Part shown: piece after piece, positions 18,211 to 27,337 of the stretch
How the letters are laid out: every line of letters starts with the position of its first letter
Numbering within the stretch: position 1 is the first letter of the stretch
Made by a program: the position numbers and the translations under genes
The notes under the pieces: model-generated
Database searches by the model: none
Seen by the model: only the letters and a program-made list of their open reading frames with translations
Told to the model about the DNA's origin: nothing
Assembly: GCA_019424965.1 (NCBI GenBank)
Contig: JAHYYL010000003.1
Coordinates: 7,614-71,613, forward strand
From: Collinsella sp.
GTDB taxonomy: Bacteria > Actinomycetota > Coriobacteriia > Coriobacteriales > Coriobacteriaceae
Direction: 5' to 3'
Length of the DNA: 64,000 bases

Positions 18211-19206
18211 CTAGGCGCCGATCTCGGGCAGCTCGGGAACATTGGTGTCGCCCGTACGGTCGCCGATGCAGATCTGCCACAGCTCGGTCCAGGTGCCGTC
18301 GTCCTCGATCTTCTTAAGGAAGTCGTTAACGAAGGCGACGCCGTCGGAATCGAGCGGCAGACCGATGCCATAGGGCTCCTTGCTGCCGAAGGGCTTGCCG
18401 GCAATCTTGTACTTGCCGGGCTCGCGGACCAGGGCGCTCTGCTGCATGTTGTTGTCGATGACGTAGGCGTCAACACGACCCTGCTGGAGTGCCTGGCGGG
18501 CCTCCTCGTCGGTCTTGAACTCCTGCTGGCTGGCCTTGGGGGCGAACTCCTCCAGGATGGCAGGGCCGTTGGAGCCGGACTGGACGGCGACGTTCTTGTC
18601 GGCCAGGTCGTCGACGCTCTTGATGTCGTCGTTATCGGCGAGCACCAGGATGGCCTGCTGGGTGTAGTAGTAGGGGCCGGCGAAGGAGACGAGCTTCTTG
18701 CGCTCGTCGGTAATGGTGTAGGTGGCAAAGACAGCGTCGACCTGGCCGTTCTGCAGGACAGACTCGCGCGTGTCCGAGGTCACCTGGGTGATCTCGACCT
18801 TGTTCTCGCCCAGAATGTAGTTGGACAGGAGCTGTGCGATACCGGCGTCGAAGCCGCGGGTCTGACCGTCTTTCTCGTTGAGGAGGGAGAAGAGCGTGGA
18901 GGTCTGAACGCCACCGATCTTAAAGACGCCGGCGTCCTTAACGGCCGTGGCCCAGGTGCTGGCGGCGATGGCGTCGTCATCGGCCTTGGGGCCGTTGTCG
19001 ACGAGCTTGTCGAATGCCTTGGCGTCGAGCGTGGCGGAAACTTCGGTATCCTTGGAGCTCTTGGAGGAGCCGGCGGCGGAACCCTTGTCGGCCTCGGCGC
19101 TGGTGTCGGAGCAGCCGGCAAGACCAAGGCCGGCGACGGTTGCGAAGGTGGCGGCAACGAAGCCGCGGCGGTCGAGAACGACCTGCTGGGAGAGGTTCTT
19201 GCTCAT
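18211..19206 (-). CDS. Amino-acid ABC transporter substrate-binding lipoprotein
   Basis: 331 aa. Signal peptide with lipobox LGLAGCS, type-3 SBP core (..VDAVFATYTITDERKK..). Confidence 0.85.
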   Translation of the reverse strand: MSKNLSQQVVLDRRGFVAATFATVAGLGLAGCSDTSAEADKGSAAGSSKSSKDTEVSATLDAKAFDKLVDNGPKADDDAIAASTWATAVKDAGVFKIGGVQTSTLFSLLNEKDGQTRGFDAGIAQLLSNYILGENKVEITQVTSDTRESVLQNGQVDAVFATYTITDERKKLVSFAGPYYYTQQAILVLADNDDIKSVDDLADKNVAVQSGSNGPAILEEFAPKASQQEFKTDEEARQALQQGRVDAYVIDNNMQQSALVREPGKYKIAGKPFGSKEPYGIGLPLDSDGVAFVNDFLKKIEDDGTWTELWQICIGDRTGDTNVPELPEIGA

Positions 19207-19323
19207 GGTAGAACACCTTTCTCAATAAAATCCCTAGCGGTTGAGTAGAGTTATACCCTATCCGGCTCAAATGGGTCAACACGAAATAACTCAGAAACAT
19301 ACTTGTCTTATGGGTAATTCTAC

Positions 19324-19374
19324 CTACCAAAAAGGGACAGGTTTATTTTGGTAGGCTTTATCTGGGCAAACGTT
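19324..19374 (+). repeat. 52-bp intergenic repeat family, copy 3
   Basis: CTACCAAAAAGGGACAGGTTTATTTTGGTAGGCTTTATCTGGGCAAACGTT. Perfect 10-bp stem CCTACCAAAA/TTTTGGTAGG. Confidence 0.85.
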
Positions 19375-19425
19375 GATTATTACAGCTAAGAAAGCGTTTT
19401 GCGGGCGGCCGGTCTCGTTGTTTTG

Positions 19426-19641
19426 TCTCAATCTGTAACAGGTAGACGAGGAAATGGGTTCTAGCTGTTACAGATCGAGATTATCTCTTCAGGGGGATTC
19501 GAATGTCTCGATCTGTAACATCTGGACGGACAAAAGGTCTCTAGCTGTTACAGATTGAGACAAAGGTCTGGGACTAAGATGTCTTATCTAGATCTGTAAC
19601 ATCTGGACGAGGATTTATCCTCTAGATGTTACAGATTGAGA
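19426..19641. repeat. Array of three tandem 55-bp palindromic units (19426-19480, 19506-19560, 19587-19641)
   Basis: Each unit has the form TCTCRATCTGTAACA - about 23 nt - TGTTACAGATYGAGA. Spacers are 25 and 26 bp. That gives six copies of the 15-mer in alternating orientation at about 40-bp spacing. Low-GC context. Confidence 0.85.
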
Positions 19642-19653
19642 TAATCGCGCCGC

Positions 19654-19699
19654 GAAAATAAAAACCTTCGCAGGGGTGCTTCCCTTGCGGAGGTTTTTT
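19654..19699. terminator. Bidirectional intrinsic terminator at the dxs 3' end
   Basis: 12-bp stem CCTTCGCAGGGG/CCCTTGCGGAGG flanked by an A-run and a T-run (AAAATAAAAA ... TTTTTT). Confidence 0.8.
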
Positions 19700-21479
19700 A
19701 CTCGTTGAGAAGCCTTGCGGCTTCGGCGGCCATGTTCTCGACCGTCATGCCGTTCTGCGCGAGCAGTTCGTTGGGGTCGTAGCGGTCGGGGAAGCCCTTG
19801 GCGATGCCGAAGGTGCGCGTGCGCAACGGCGTGCATGCTAGATAACATGCCACGCGCTCACCCCAGCCGCCGTCCAAGATGCCGTCCTCGAGGGTGATGA
19901 CAACGCGATGCTCGGCGGCAAGGCTGTCGAGGAACTCGCGGTCGAGCTCGGTTGCAAAGCGCGGGTTGACGAGTGTGGCCTCGATACCGTACTCGGCAGT
20001 CAGACGGTTTGCCACGCGCTCGCCCAGCTCAAAGAAATCGCCGAGCGCGAGTACGGCAACGTCGCGACCCTGGCGCATCACGTTGTAGCGAACGACGCTG
20101 TAGCCGGTGCCCTCGGCGGGCGCCAGATCGGGGCGGCTTACCAAGCCGATGCCCGGTACGCGGATTGCCACGGGATGCTCGCGGTGGTTGAGCGACCAGC
20201 TCAGCATGGACAGGTATTCCTCCATGCAGGCCGGCGCTAGGTAGCGCATGTTGGGAAGTCCGCCCAGCATGGAAATATCAAAGAACGAAAGGTGCGTCTC
20301 GGACGTGGTGCCAAAGATCGACGCGCCAAACACCAGGATGGTTGCAGAGGCGTCGTTGAGGCACAGGTCGTGCCACAGCTCGTCGTAGGCGCGCTGCAAA
20401 AACGTGCCGTACACACCAAAGACTGGCTTGGCGCCCGAGCGTGCAAGCGCGGTGGCAAAGGTCACGGCGTGCTCCTCGGCAATGCCCACGTCGACAAACT
20501 GCTTGCCTGCCGCGGCGCGAAGCTCGGGTGTAAAGCCCATGATGTAGGGCGTGGCGGCCGTGATGCCCACGACCTGCGGATCGCGCTCGATGGCGGCGCT
20601 GAGCGCCTCGCCCGTAATATCGGCATAGGTGCGCGGTGCGGGCTCGCTCGGGTGGCCCGGGCAAAGTTTGCGGCCGGTTGCCATATCGAAGGGCCCCACA
20701 TGATGCCAGTGCTCGGGGTCGCTCTGGGCTGGCTCAAAGCCCTTGCCCTTGGCGGTGGAGACATGCAGCACGATGGGATGATCGATATCGCGCAGCTCCT
20801 GCAGCGTATCGACCAGCGCTTGGACATCGTTACCGGCGTCCAGGTAGCGATAGTCGAGCCCCAGCGCGCGGAAAACGTTGCGCTCACAGGTGCCGTTGCT
20901 GGCGCGCAGCTCGGCCAGATTGCGATAGAGGCCACCGTGGTTTTCGGCGATGGACTGGTCGTTATCGTTGACGATGATGATCAGGTTGCTGTCGAGCTCG
21001 GCGGCATTGTTAAAGCCCTCAAACGCCAGGCCGCCCGAAAGCGAACCGTCGCCAATAACGGTAATGACGTTATACGTGTCACCCGCCAGGTCGCGCGCGT
21101 GGGCAAGGCCGCAGCCCAAGCTCACCGAGGTCGAGGTATGCCCCATGGCAAACAGGTCGTGCTCGGACTCGTCGGGATTGGCAAAGCCAGAAGCCTCACC
21201 ATAACGCTCCGGATCGATATAAGTGTACGCGCGCCCGGTCAGCGCCTTGTGGGCGTAGGTCTGGTGCGAAACGTCAAAGACAATCTTGTCGATAGGGGAG
21301 TTAAACACGCGATGAAGCGCAACCGTAAGCTCAACGACGCCCAGGTTGGGGGCAACGTGTCCGCCGACAGCGGCGGAGCTTTCGAGGATGGCGTGGCGAA
21401 TCTCGCCGCAGAGCAGCGGAAGCTCGGCGCGGTCGAGAGCCTTGACGTCCTCGGGCGTTGTCGTTTGCGTAAGCAGCAT
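19698..21479 (-). CDS. dxs: 1-deoxy-D-xylulose-5-phosphate synthase
   Basis: 593 aa. ..GGHVAPNLGVVELT.., ..FDVSHQTYAHKALTGR.., ..GDGSLSGG.. TPP motif. Confidence 0.9.
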   Translation of the reverse strand: MLLTQTTTPEDVKALDRAELPLLCGEIRHAILESSAAVGGHVAPNLGVVELTVALHRVFNSPIDKIVFDVSHQTYAHKALTGRAYTYIDPERYGEASGFANPDESEHDLFAMGHTSTSVSLGCGLAHARDLAGDTYNVITVIGDGSLSGGLAFEGFNNAAELDSNLIIIVNDNDQSIAENHGGLYRNLAELRASNGTCERNVFRALGLDYRYLDAGNDVQALVDTLQELRDIDHPIVLHVSTAKGKGFEPAQSDPEHWHHVGPFDMATGRKLCPGHPSEPAPRTYADITGEALSAAIERDPQVVGITAATPYIMGFTPELRAAAGKQFVDVGIAEEHAVTFATALARSGAKPVFGVYGTFLQRAYDELWHDLCLNDASATILVFGASIFGTTSETHLSFFDISMLGGLPNMRYLAPACMEEYLSMLSWSLNHREHPVAIRVPGIGLVSRPDLAPAEGTGYSVVRYNVMRQGRDVAVLALGDFFELGERVANRLTAEYGIEATLVNPRFATELDREFLDSLAAEHRVVITLEDGILDGGWGERVACYLACTPLRTRTFGIAKGFPDRYDPNELLAQNGMTVENMAAEAARLLNE

Positions 21480-21707
21480 CGTTGTGGGTTACTCCATGCG
21501 AATCGAGCGCCGGCGCTCCCTCGGCCGACACAATTGCACAAGACAGTCTCGCACATTTTGGCGTTTGATATGTGACGGCGGCGCGGTAATTCGCCAACTG
21601 GTGGGGCAAAACGTTTTGTCCGATGCCATACTGATGTGTTCCATGATGTTTTTATCGATTGTGCACAGGCCGTGGCTTGCCGCCGTGAGCCGCTGGAAGG
21701 AGGCAGC

Positions 21708-22244
21708 ATGTCCGATGCCGTTCGTGCCGAGAAAATCGCGTGCGAAGTAGACCATGCTGCCCGTCAACTGGCGCAGGCGGGCCGTCTGGACCTGACGCGC
21801 GAGTTTATCCAGCATGGCGACGTGACGGTCTATGCACATGTGACCTCGGTGGCACGGGCAAGTCTGTCCTTTGCCGAGCACTTGGGCCGTGCTGGCATTT
21901 CGATCGACCGTGCCTCGCTGCTGCGCGGAGCCTTGTTACACGATTACTTTCTCTATGACTGGCACGATCCCGATCCGAGCCATCGCCTGCACGGATTTCG
22001 GCATCCGTTTTTTGCCCTGGCGCGTGCCGAGGTAGATTTTGAGCTGACGTCTCGTGAGCGGAATATTATCGTACGCCATATGTTTCCGCTGGTGCCGGTG
22101 CCGCCGACGTGTCGTGAGGCATGGATTGTGTGCCTGGCGGATAAATGGTGTGCTCTGCGTGAGACGGTCGCCGGTCGTCTGCGGCGCAAGGACGAGACAG
22201 ACGATAGCGTGAGTAAAGCATCGAGCGAAAAGAGGAGAGGGTAG
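21708..22244 (+). CDS. HD-domain phosphohydrolase
   Basis: Start at MSDAVRAE.. (GGAAGGAGG RBS). ..LLHDYFLYDWHD.. HD motif. Confidence 0.7.
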   Translation: MSDAVRAEKIACEVDHAARQLAQAGRLDLTREFIQHGDVTVYAHVTSVARASLSFAEHLGRAGISIDRASLLRGALLHDYFLYDWHDPDPSHRLHGFRHPFFALARAEVDFELTSRERNIIVRHMFPLVPVPPTCREAWIVCLADKWCALRETVAGRLRRKDETDDSVSKASSEKRRG

Positions 22245-22247
22245 ACG

Positions 22248-23267
22248 GTGGGGACCGCGATTGATATGGCGTTTGGCGGTGCGACGCTTGCCGCCTGCCC
22301 ACTCTCGGCACTGGTGCTCTCGTTTGCCTTTTACGGGTTTTGCGGTTGGGCATGGGAGTCGACAGTATGCGCCATGCTCAATCACGGACGATTTGCCAAC
22401 AGTGGCTTTTTGCTGGGGCCGTGTTGTCCTATCTATGGTGTGGGCGGCATTGCCTGCTGGCTGCTGTTGCGCGGGATTCCGGATGCCTCGAGCCAGTTTG
22501 TCGCTGCAGCGCTCGTATGCAGCGTGATCGAGTACAGCGTAGGCGTGCTGTTGGAAAAAACAACGGGCGCTCGCTTTTGGGATTACTCGCACCTGCCGTT
22601 TAACCTGCACGGACGCATCTGTCTGTACTGGGCCTGCGCGTTTGGCTTGGGTGCGTTGTGTATTTGCCGTTTAGTGGAGCCGGCATTGCTGGGGCTGCTT
22701 GGCCATCTGCCGGTGCTGATTGTGCGGCTGTCCGCCTTTATCGTCGCGGTCGCGATGATGGTCGACGCGGTGTGCTCGTTGGCGAGTTGGCGGCGTCTGT
22801 CTGATCAGCTGGAGCGCGTCCGGGCCGACCTTGCCGACCGCATTAACGAGTCGCTTGCCGATGCGTCCGACTCTATGCTCGAACGTATTCCCGATTCGGC
22901 GATCGGCTCGGTGGCACAGACGCATATCCGCAGCCGTGCCGTTAACGCGTGGCTGGCCGAGCTGGGCGACGCCGCGCTCGATGCCCTGCGCGAGAAGGCT
23001 TCGATGCCGACGTTTATCGCGGATGGTGCTCGCGGCCTGGCGCTTGCCGCCCGCCGCGTGGCCGATGCCGCGCCGAACATGCCGCGTCCGTCGCTCAGTC
23101 GTCGCCTTGCCGGCAAGAGCATGAGCCGTCCGGTGCCAAGCGTGTCACTCAGTCGTCGTGACCTGCGCTTTTTCAATGCCTTCCCGCGTCTGCGCATCAA
23201 TCGCTACGAAGGTGTCATTCGAGCAACTAATCTCCGCGACCGCGCTCACGAGCTGTTTCGGCGCTAG
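22248..23267 (+). CDS. Polytopic membrane protein ('putative ABC-transporter type IV'-like N-terminal domain) with Ala/Arg-rich C-terminal extension
   Basis: 339 aa, GTG start 3 nt after the HD-gene stop. ..FYGFCGWAWESTVC..GFLLGPCCPIYGVGG.. resembles the PF06541-type family (from memory). Confidence 0.6.
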   Translation: MGTAIDMAFGGATLAACPLSALVLSFAFYGFCGWAWESTVCAMLNHGRFANSGFLLGPCCPIYGVGGIACWLLLRGIPDASSQFVAAALVCSVIEYSVGVLLEKTTGARFWDYSHLPFNLHGRICLYWACAFGLGALCICRLVEPALLGLLGHLPVLIVRLSAFIVAVAMMVDAVCSLASWRRLSDQLERVRADLADRINESLADASDSMLERIPDSAIGSVAQTHIRSRAVNAWLAELGDAALDALREKASMPTFIADGARGLALAARRVADAAPNMPRPSLSRRLAGKSMSRPVPSVSLSRRDLRFFNAFPRLRINRYEGVIRATNLRDRAHELFRR

Positions 23268-23388
23268 CCGGGACGGGTGTGCTTGCGGCCCCTTGCTCGC
23301 GTATTTCCCATTGGTTTCGCGTCCGTTGCTGCGCCGTTTCCAAGATTGCGGCAGCATTTCCATTCAACAACGCCGCGTTTAACAACGC

Positions 23389-23403
23389 TGTATCTGGTCT
23401 ACA
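23389..23403. promoter_or_regulatory. Candidate operator palindrome TGTA-N7-TACA upstream of amt
   Basis: TGTATCTGGTCTACA lies 62 nt before the amt start. It is preceded by a direct repeat of AACAACGCYG. The function is only a guess. Confidence 0.2.
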
Positions 23404-23464
23404 CCAGTTGCCCCTCGGCCGCATTATGGGCGCCGACAACGTTTATGCGATCAAGGGGGAGCGA

Positions 23465-24742
23465 ATGTACGATACGGGATCGACAACGTTTATGCTCATC
23501 TGCACCATGCTCGTGTTTTTAATGACACCGGGTCTGGCGTTTTTCTATGGCGGCCTGTCCAGGCGCAAAAATGTCATCAACACCATGCTTATGTGCTTTG
23601 GCGCCATTGGTCTGGTTGGTGTGCTGTGGATTGTTGCCGGCTGGTCGCTGGCCTACGGCGGCGACGGTTCCAGCCCGCTTATTGGAGGCCTTGACCAGCT
23701 GCTGTGCCTGCCGGTGCTCAACCAGGTGCTGCAGGCGGCTGAGGGCAATGCCGCGGACGGTGCCGTCTATCCTCAGATTATCAACATCGCCTTTCAGATG
23801 GCATTTGCCATGATTACTGCCGCTATCGTCACGGGCAGCCTAGCCGGCCGCGTTAAGTTTGGTGCCATGACGGCTTTCCTGGGCATTTGGCTGCTTGTGG
23901 TCTATGTGCCGCTCGCCCACATGGTCTGGGGCGGCGAGGGCTCCTTTATCGGCGACATCATCGGCGCACTCGACTTTGCCGGCGGCGACGTGGTACACAT
24001 TTCGTCCGGTCTCACGGGCCTGATTCTCTGCTTAATGCTCGGCCGTCGTCGCGGTTTTGGCATGGTGAGCTACCGTCCGCATAACGTGCCGTTTGTGGCG
24101 TTGGGCGCCGGGCTGCTTTGGTTTGGCTGGTTTGGCTTTAACGGCGGCAGCGAGTTTAAGGCCGACGCCGTGGCCGCGCTTGCCATCCTCAACACCGTGA
24201 CGGCCAGCGCGGCGGGCATGGTCTCGTGGCTTGCCGTCGAGCGCGTGCATACCGGCCGCCCCACGCTGGTGGGTGCCAGCACCGGTCTGGTTGCGGGCCT
24301 TGTGGTGGTCACGCCTGGTGCGGGTTTTGTCGAGCCGTGGGCGGCGCTGGTCATGGGCCTGATCGTCTCGCCTGTCTGCTACCTGGCCATCAGCCATCTC
24401 AAGACCAAGTTTGGCTACGACGATGCACTCGACGCGTTTGGCTGCCACGGCATCGGCGGCATCTTGGGCGGCGTGCTCACGGGGCTGTTCTGCGTGCCGG
24501 AGCTCTCATGGACCGGTAAGGGCGGCCTGTTCTACACGGGCGACGTGTCGCTGCTCATCTCGCAGATTTTGGGCATTGTGGTGACGGTTGCTATTGTGCT
24601 GGTGCTCGATTTGGTGATCGCCGCAGTGGTCAAGGCGCTGTTCCACGGCAGCCTGCGTGTGGACGAGGCCGACGAGGCGCTGGGCCTGGATGCGAGTCAG
24701 CACGGCGAGAGCGCGTATCCCTCGTTCTCCGGACTTGACTAG
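23465..24742 (+). CDS. amt: Ammonium transporter
   Basis: Start at MYDTGSTTFML.. (GGGGGAG RBS). ..LMTPGLAFFYGG.., ..DFAGGDVVHISSG.., ..DDALDAFGCHGIGG.. Amt family signatures. Confidence 0.9.
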   Translation: MYDTGSTTFMLICTMLVFLMTPGLAFFYGGLSRRKNVINTMLMCFGAIGLVGVLWIVAGWSLAYGGDGSSPLIGGLDQLLCLPVLNQVLQAAEGNAADGAVYPQIINIAFQMAFAMITAAIVTGSLAGRVKFGAMTAFLGIWLLVVYVPLAHMVWGGEGSFIGDIIGALDFAGGDVVHISSGLTGLILCLMLGRRRGFGMVSYRPHNVPFVALGAGLLWFGWFGFNGGSEFKADAVAALAILNTVTASAAGMVSWLAVERVHTGRPTLVGASTGLVAGLVVVTPGAGFVEPWAALVMGLIVSPVCYLAISHLKTKFGYDDALDAFGCHGIGGILGGVLTGLFCVPELSWTGKGGLFYTGDVSLLISQILGIVVTVAIVLVLDLVIAAVVKALFHGSLRVDEADEALGLDASQHGESAYPSFSGLD

Positions 24743-24743
24743 C

Positions 24744-24853
24744 GGCACGGCTTTCCCAGGCACCCGACCTTGCCCCTCAAACCGTCGCTTGCGTACCGAA
24801 GTACGCGGCGCTCCTCTTTCGGAGCAATCTCGGGCACCTGGAAAACCCGTGCC
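24744..24853 (+). promoter_or_regulatory. Candidate structured RNA in the amt-glnK intergenic region
   Basis: Long-range helix GGCACGG..CAGG..CCCGA / TCGGG..CCTG..CCGTGCC (about 20 bp with small internal loops) encloses two hairpins, GCGTAC-CGAA-GTACGC and GCTCC-TCTTTC-GGAGC. Confidence 0.3.
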
Positions 24854-24898
24854 ATGTGAAGGACAATCAATTTCTTTTATTGAAGAGAGGAATTCACT

Positions 24899-25237
24899 AT
24901 GAAGAAGATTACGGCGATCGTTCGTGCCGAGAAGCTTGAGGTTCTTAAAGACGCGCTGTTTGCTGCTGATGTTCGTGGTATGACCATCAACCAAGTGCAG
25001 GGCTGCGGCGCGCAGCATGGCTGGAAGGAATACGTGCGCGGCAACGAGTTGCTTGTCAACACGATCCCTAAGGTGCAGTTCACGCTCATTTGCGCCGATG
25101 AGCATGTCGACGGAATTGTCGAGATTATCTGCAATGCTGCTCGCACCGGTGCCGTTGGAGACGGCAAGATCTGGGTCGAGCCGGTCGAGGAAGTTATCCG
25201 CATCCGCACCGGCGAACACGGCCCCGCCGCGGTGTAG
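24899..25237 (+). CDS. glnK: Nitrogen regulatory protein P-II
   Basis: 112 aa. MKKITAIVRAEKLEVLKDAL.. and ..GDGKIWV.. Adjacent to amt. Confidence 0.9.
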   Translation: MKKITAIVRAEKLEVLKDALFAADVRGMTINQVQGCGAQHGWKEYVRGNELLVNTIPKVQFTLICADEHVDGIVEIICNAARTGAVGDGKIWVEPVEEVIRIRTGEHGPAAV

Positions 25238-25311
25238 AATCGACTGCCTGCCATCCGCAACGTTAAAATACTGCAATGAGGCACAAGACTTGCGTTGCGG
25301 ATGGACAGATT

Positions 25312-25974
25312 ATGGGGCGTAATAAATATCCCGAGGAGACGGTCGCGAAGATTCTCGACGCGGCGCTGGAGCTATTCTGCGCACAGGGTTATGAGGGGAC
25401 GAGCATTCAAGATATCGTCGACCGCCTCGATGGCATGACCAAGGGCGCTGTCTATCATCACTTTAAGAGTAAAGAAGAGATTTTCAACGCCGCATTTGAT
25501 CGGGCAATGGCTCCGATTGTTGAGCGCCGCCGCTCAACGCTTGGTATCGGTAATATGAACGGAGCCCAAAAGCTCAAGCGGCTGTACGCGCCCGAGTCCG
25601 TCGTTCCACAAATTGAGCTATGGGCACGCATACATCCTGCGGCGGATCCGGTAAAAAGCTCGCGTCTACTGGCGATGCAGTACCAGGGCTCGTTTGACGA
25701 ATCGGCCGATGGCTGTCTTTTGCCAGTGATCGAGGAGGGCATCGCCGACGGCTCCATTGCGTGCGAATGCCCTCGCGAAGCGGCGGAGGCCGTATCGTTG
25801 TTGGCGAATCTTTGGTTGCTGCCATTGTTCCGTCCGCTTGAATCCAAGGACCGAATGCTCGCTCGCGCTCAATGTTTGGCGCAGATGGCTGCCGCGGTGG
25901 GACTTGATTTGGGGGAAGAAGTGCTTCAGACAACGGCGCAGATTTGGGACGTATGGGACCGCGCCGGGTGGTAA
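25312..25974 (+). CDS. TetR/AcrR family transcriptional regulator
   Basis: Start at MGRNKYPEETV... HTH ..GYEGTSIQDIVDRLDGMTKGAVYHHF... Confidence 0.85.
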   Translation: MGRNKYPEETVAKILDAALELFCAQGYEGTSIQDIVDRLDGMTKGAVYHHFKSKEEIFNAAFDRAMAPIVERRRSTLGIGNMNGAQKLKRLYAPESVVPQIELWARIHPAADPVKSSRLLAMQYQGSFDESADGCLLPVIEEGIADGSIACECPREAAEAVSLLANLWLLPLFRPLESKDRMLARAQCLAQMAAAVGLDLGEEVLQTTAQIWDVWDRAGW

Positions 25975-25979
25975 TATAG

Positions 25980-25995
25980 ATACTGACGGTATGTA
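25980..25995. promoter_or_regulatory. Candidate TetR operator, site 1
   Basis: ATACTGACGGTATGTA. This is a direct copy of the core of site 2. Confidence 0.4.
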
Positions 25996-26006
25996 ATTGA
26001 TTTGTA

Positions 26007-26030
26007 AGGGTAGCCACGGCTGCCCTTTTC
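26007..26030 (+). terminator. Small hairpin plus T-run after the TetR gene
   Basis: AGGGTAGC / GCTGCCCT stem followed by TTTTC. Confidence 0.45.
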
Positions 26031-26040
26031 AAGTCATTAA

Positions 26041-26061
26041 ATACATACTAACGGTATGTAT
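26041..26061. promoter_or_regulatory. Candidate TetR operator, site 2
   Basis: ATACATAC-TAACG-GTATGTAT, an 8-bp inverted repeat 14 nt upstream of the MFS start. Confidence 0.45.
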
Positions 26062-26074
26062 AGGGGATAGGCTT

Positions 26075-27337
26075 ATGGCTGAAATGCGGAGGAGTAGCGT
26101 CTCGTTGGCGCAAAAAACAGTGCGATCTATCAGGCTTTTCGGTCTTCTTGTTGCACAGCTGTGCGCGTATTCGATGTTGTCGGCACTGTGCTTTGCGTGC
26201 CCGCTTTACTTGTTCGATTGCAGCGGCTCGTCAACGTTATATGGTGCCGTCGCGGCGATAGCGTTCGTGCCGGGCGTACTCGCAACTCCGGCTGGCGGAA
26301 TCTTGGCGGATAGGGGAAGACATCGCGAGGTCCTCGTGGCCCTCGGCATTGCTCTGATGACTGCATCACTGCTGTCTATCCTCATGAAGCGTTCGTTGCC
26401 TCTTGCGGTCGTCGTAGTAGCGATACTTTGTGTTCAATATGGTGTTCAATCGCTGCTGAAGCCAATGCTCCAAATTGATACGGTGCGCATGGCGGGTGAA
26501 GAGAAGGTTGAGCGGGCCACTGCATTGGTTTCGCAGGTGACCATGGTGAGCAATATCTTGGGTCCTGTGGTCGGGACGGCAGTCTATGGGTGCTTTGGCA
26601 TCGATGCTCTTTGCACAATCGCGTCGGTAGCGTTTGCGATTTCAGCCCTGCTGTTTGGGGGTGCACTCAAGCAAAATGCCTCATCTGAAACGATGGGAGA
26701 CGGCGCGACTCGCACGACATGCCGAAACGATTTTCGGGAGTCGATTCGGTATCTGTTGCAAAATGCATCATTGGTCGCTGTGATTTTGCTTGCGGCCGTT
26801 TTGAACCTTGCGTTGATTGGGCTAACGATTGGCGCTCCCATTATTGTTACAAAGCATCTCGGCATGCAATCGTCCTGCGTTGGGATAGTTGAGGTGGCTA
26901 TGGGCTTGGGTGGTCTTGCCGGCAGTGGCTTGGTCGGCATTTGGCCGCATCGTTTTTCTTTCAATGGCATATGTCGATATGTTGCGATGATCTGTTTTGG
27001 AGTCGTACCGATTATTGTTACGCTACTGTTCGGCGCAGATGTATGCGTGTTCACCGTGTTTGCGGTTGGTTCGGCATGGATCATGGTGTGGGCAAGCATT
27101 GCGTCGGTTGAAATCACCGCGTTTGTTCAGCGGGCAGCGCCGACTGAGCTCTGCGGAAAAGTGCTTTCGGTCGTTTACATGGTCCTTTCCTGCGCAACAC
27201 CTATCGGCCAATTGACGTACGGGGTTGCATATGATCGATGGACACCGGCGATTGTATTCGCAGCCATGTTGGCAGTGCTGACGTTGACGACGGCGCTGTT
27301 TTATCGTCTGAAAAATCGCTTGCGGCGATTGTCTTGA
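26075..27337 (+). CDS. MFS transporter
   Basis: Start at MAEMRRSS... About 12 predicted TM segments, ..GGILADRGRHR.. MFS loop motif. Visibly lower GC than its neighbours. Confidence 0.8.
   Translation: MAEMRRSSVSLAQKTVRSIRLFGLLVAQLCAYSMLSALCFACPLYLFDCSGSSTLYGAVAAIAFVPGVLATPAGGILADRGRHREVLVALGIALMTASLLSILMKRSLPLAVVVVAILCVQYGVQSLLKPMLQIDTVRMAGEEKVERATALVSQVTMVSNILGPVVGTAVYGCFGIDALCTIASVAFAISALLFGGALKQNASSETMGDGATRTTCRNDFRESIRYLLQNASLVAVILLAAVLNLALIGLTIGAPIIVTKHLGMQSSCVGIVEVAMGLGGLAGSGLVGIWPHRFSFNGICRYVAMICFGVVPIIVTLLFGADVCVFTVFAVGSAWIMVWASIASVEITAFVQRAAPTELCGKVLSVVYMVLSCATPIGQLTYGVAYDRWTPAIVFAAMLAVLTLTTALFYRLKNRLRRLS

Noticed and set aside
19426-19641. Triple palindromic array considered as a CRISPR array or integron attC sites
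   Set aside because: There are only three units, each itself a hairpin with a variable loop, separated by 25-26-bp spacers. No cas or intI genes are present, and no cassettes lie between the units. It is kept as an unexplained repeat finding instead.
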